Shown piece after piece: positions 61,878-64,000 of a DNA stretch of 64,000 nucleotides. Below the pieces are notes generated by a model that was not told where the DNA came from, made no database searches, and worked only from the letters and a program-made list of their open reading frames with translations. Position 1 is the stretch's first letter. Each line of letters starts with the position of its first letter. The stretch comes from an uncultured Acidobacteriota bacterium. GTDB lineage: Bacteria; Acidobacteriota; Vicinamibacteria; Vicinamibacterales; CAVVIG01. The position numbers and the translations under genes were made by a program. The DNA lies in the NCBI GenBank assembly GCA_963770995.1, contig CAVYRS010000002.1:43500-107499 (forward strand), in the 5' to 3' direction.

Positions 61878-61905
61878 GTACGTGGGGTCCGGCTTTAGCC
61901 GGACC
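61878..61905. repeat. REP family 1 single unit
   Basis: The sequence gtacgtggggtccggctttagccggacc lies in the divergent gap upstream of the BNR paralog 2 start. Confidence 0.85.
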
Positions 61906-62010
61906 ATCGGTGAAGGGCCGACTGACGGCGGACACTACGTACCGTCGCGTGGCTTCCGTCTTGCTGGGCCGGGCGTCGACAGACTCGGAAGCCATGCAAA
62001 TGGGGTTCTT

Positions 62011-62608
62011 ATGGCAGAAACTGCAAAGCCCATCGCCGAGGACGATGCTAGGATTTCAACGATGGGCACAAAGCGCGAAGCGACGATCGACGACCTCTGG
62101 CGCGTCGAAGGAAAGGCCGAATTGGTCAACGGGGAGCTGGTGCTGATGTCAGCAGCCGGCTACCGCCACGGCTTCGTGTCCCTCGAGATCGCCGCCAGCT
62201 TGCGCGAGTACGCAAAGCGCACAGGGCGTGGGCACGCGCTTGCCGACAGTGTCGGCTTCATCGTCGATCTTCCGCATCGCCGCTCGTTCAGTCCCGATGC
62301 CGCGTTCGCCACGCAGCCAATCACGGACTACTTCGTCGATGGCGCACCAGTGTTTGCGATCGAAGTTAGAAGCCCGGACGACTTCGGTCCGTCGGCCGAA
62401 CGCGCCATCGCGGACAAGCGCGCCGACTATTTCGCGGCGGGAACGCTCGTCGTCTGGGACGTCGACACGCTGAGGGATCATGTTGTCCGCGTGTATCGTG
62501 CGAGCGATCCCGACCATCGCCACGGTCTTTCGTCGCGGCGATCGCGCCGACGCGGAGCCCGCGGTGCCCGACTGGTCGATGCCTGTCGACGATCTATTTC
62601 CGAGCTGA
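62011..62608 (+). pseudogene. Uma2 family (DUF820) putative endonuclease with one frameshift near 62510
   Basis: The first segment is MAETAKP...TIDDLWRVEGKAELVNGELVLMSAAGYRHG...PDAAFA...PVFAIEVRSPDD...KRADYFAAGTLVVWDVD. The manually found tail in another frame is TIATVFRRGDRADAEPAVPDWSMPVDDLFPS-stop (62606-62608). Confidence 0.75.
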
Positions 62609-62617
62609 GACCGGGCA

Positions 62618-62702
62618 GGTCCGCCTGAAGGCGGACCCCACGTACGACCTGACCCGCTCCGCACGACTCTTACAGTACGTGGGGTCCGGCTTCAGCCGGA
62701 CC
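62618..62702. repeat. REP family 1 dimer
   Basis: The units are aggtccgcctgaaggcggaccccacgtac and gtacgtggggtccggcttcagccggacc. They are separated by a 28-nt spacer and abut the permease stop codon. Confidence 0.9.
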
Positions 62703-64000
62703 TAATCGGCTCGCAGCGCCAGCGCGGGATCCACGCTCGCCGCTCGCCGCGCGGGGAACCCGCACGCGGCGATCGAGACGATGAAGAGGACGAGTATCGC
62801 GAGGCCGAAGCTGAAGACGTCGAAGCTCGTCACGTTGAACAACAGGCTCGCGAGGGCGCGGCCGGTGGCGGCGGCGGCGAGCACGCCCATCGACGCACCG
62901 ATCGCGAACAGCACCAGACCGCGCCGGACGACGAGCGCGACGATTTCTCCGCGGCGCGCGCCGAGCGCGAGCCGGATGCCGAACTCACGCTGCCGTTGCC
63001 CGACGCCGTAGGCAATGACACCGTAGACGCCGATGCTCGCCAGCAGGAGCGCGATGCCCGCAAAGGCGCCCAGGAGCATCGTCTGCAGCCAGCGCGACGC
63101 CAGCGATCGATCCACGACCGCCTCGAGCGTGTGCGCATCGTAGACCGGCTGCTCGGCGTCCACCGACCGAATCGCGCCCATCAGCGCGGGGGCGATCGTC
63201 CCCGGATCCGTCCGGGTACGGACGGCGAGGGCCATGCGGTCCTGCGTCCGCTGCCGGAAGGGGAAGTAGACCTGCGCACGTGTGTCCTCGTCGAGCCGAT
63301 CGTGGCGAATGTGCCCGGCCACGCCGACGACCGACAGCCACGGCAGGTTCATCACAGGGATCCGCACGCGCTTGCCGATCGGATCCGCATCGCCGAAGAC
63401 GGCCCTCGCGAGCTGCTCGTCGATGATCGCCACCTGCGGATCGTTTTCACCGTCGCGGTCGGGGAACGTGCGGCCGCGGAGCGGGATCTCGAGCGTGCGG
63501 AAATAGTCGGGTGTTACAGACCGATAGTCCACGTTCTTCAGCTTCAGCAGATTCGGATCGACGCCCTCGAATTCAATCGGCCCCGTCTGTGTTCCGCCGG
63601 CGAGCGGCAGGCGGTTGACGAGGCTCGCCGATGCGACCTCGGGCAGCGCGCGCACGCGATCGAGAATGCGCTCGCCGAACGCCGCGACGTCCGGATCCTT
63701 TGGGTATTTCGAGCGCGGAATCGCCAGGTGCAGCGAGTAGACGCGCTCGGCGTTGAAGCCAGGACTCACCTGGCGCAGGGCGGCGAAGCTGCGTCCGAGC
63801 AGCGCGGCCGCGATCACCAGCCAGCACGTGACGCCGATTTGCGCGGCAACGAGGACATCGCGCCGCCGGGCCCGCCGCGCACTGCCAGCCGTCCCGCGCG
63901 AGAAGTCGCTTCCCGACGCCGAGAGCCCACTGCGCGAGGCTTCGATGGCCGGCCAGGCGCCGATCAAGCCTGCGACGGTGGCCAGCGCCGATGCCGCAAA
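62702..64000 (-). CDS. ABC transporter permease, FtsX/MacB-like (ADOP family), N-terminus outside the window
   Basis: The C-terminal FtsX domain is LGAFAGIALLLASIGVYGVIAYGVGQRQREFGIRLALGARRGEI...VDPALALRAD. It is preceded by a MacB-type periplasmic domain. The frame stays open to the window edge. Confidence 0.85.
   Translation of the reverse strand, partial: FAASALATVAGLIGAWPAIEASRSGLSASGSDFSRGTAGSARRARRRDVLVAAQIGVTCWLVIAAALLGRSFAALRQVSPGFNAERVYSLHLAIPRSKYPKDPDVAAFGERILDRVRALPEVASASLVNRLPLAGGTQTGPIEFEGVDPNLLKLKNVDYRSVTPDYFRTLEIPLRGRTFPDRDGENDPQVAIIDEQLARAVFGDADPIGKRVRIPVMNLPWLSVVGVAGHIRHDRLDEDTRAQVYFPFRQRTQDRMALAVRTRTDPGTIAPALMGAIRSVDAEQPVYDAHTLEAVVDRSLASRWLQTMLLGAFAGIALLLASIGVYGVIAYGVGQRQREFGIRLALGARRGEIVALVVRRGLVLFAIGASMGVLAAAATGRALASLLFNVTSFDVFSFGLAILVLFIVSIAACGFPARRAASVDPALALRAD

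Noticed and set aside
61836-61907. There are N-terminal extensions of ORFs through REP elements: MVRLKPDPTY... here, MKRKTIMESHYRCLSAGTLAYVGSGFSRTY at 44069-44185, MLVVRQAHHE at 35537-35611 and MQDCRIAGF at 52592-52681.
   Set aside because: The downstream ATG/GTG codons give canonical signal peptides or TM starts. The extensions are simply translated repeats. The starts were moved accordingly.
1-64000. I looked for mobile elements, prophage, integrons, rRNA/tRNA genes and toxin-antitoxin or known defence systems.
   Set aside because: I found no integrase, transposase, recombinase, phage structural, Cas or RT-like translations in any listed ORF, and no rRNA-like or cloverleaf-capable regions in the intergenic gaps. 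All of those gaps are occupied by the repeats described.

Overview
This is a high-GC bacterial chromosomal segment. The gene content suggests Acidobacteriota (an inference only): an ADOP/FtsX-type permease, two sortilin/BNR-type giant secreted proteins, a Ser/Thr kinase with TPR repeats, and many secreted peptidases. All calls come from reading the ORF track, manual translation and motif recognition; no searches were run.

I can support about 50 protein genes. Most are housekeeping or secreted-enzyme genes: an SPFH protein, DUF4126, methyltransferases, NHL-repeat proteins, gamma-glutamyltranspeptidase, a cupin, FKBP and cyclophilin isomerases, a TsdA-like diheme cytochrome, DUF4159, an MBL hydrolase, M28/S9/S51/M20 peptidases, YpfJ, DinB, RsgA, a ParB-like protein and a Uma2 endonuclease. 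I found no rRNA, tRNA, CRISPR array, transposase or integrase.

Four things stand out.

1. Intergenic DNA is saturated with palindromic repeats. Besides four classical REP-like families, there are fifteen hairpins whose arms are tandem arrays of AT-rich 7-8 nt words, with different words at different loci. I cannot assign this architecture to a known class.
2. REP units sit in frame inside coding sequences. There are three in one S9 peptidase, one in a Wzx flippase loop, one in a methyltransferase, and one bridging a glycosyltransferase to a radical SAM gene. This resembles the Rickettsia palindromic element phenomenon.
3. A translationally coupled cluster lies at 21.5-35.5 kb. It encodes Wzy-like, GT4, two B12-binding radical SAM proteins, a B12-domain-only derivative, a SPASM radical SAM, three SAM methyltransferases and an amidohydrolase, with a divergent Wzx and a nucleotidyltransferase-like gene. 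Its product is unknown.
4. Frameshifts are strongly non-random. There are at least 30 in about 13 genes (GGT at least 12, NHL paralog 5, M20 amidase 5), while several 3-kb genes are intact. This means either real gene decay or local consensus error.
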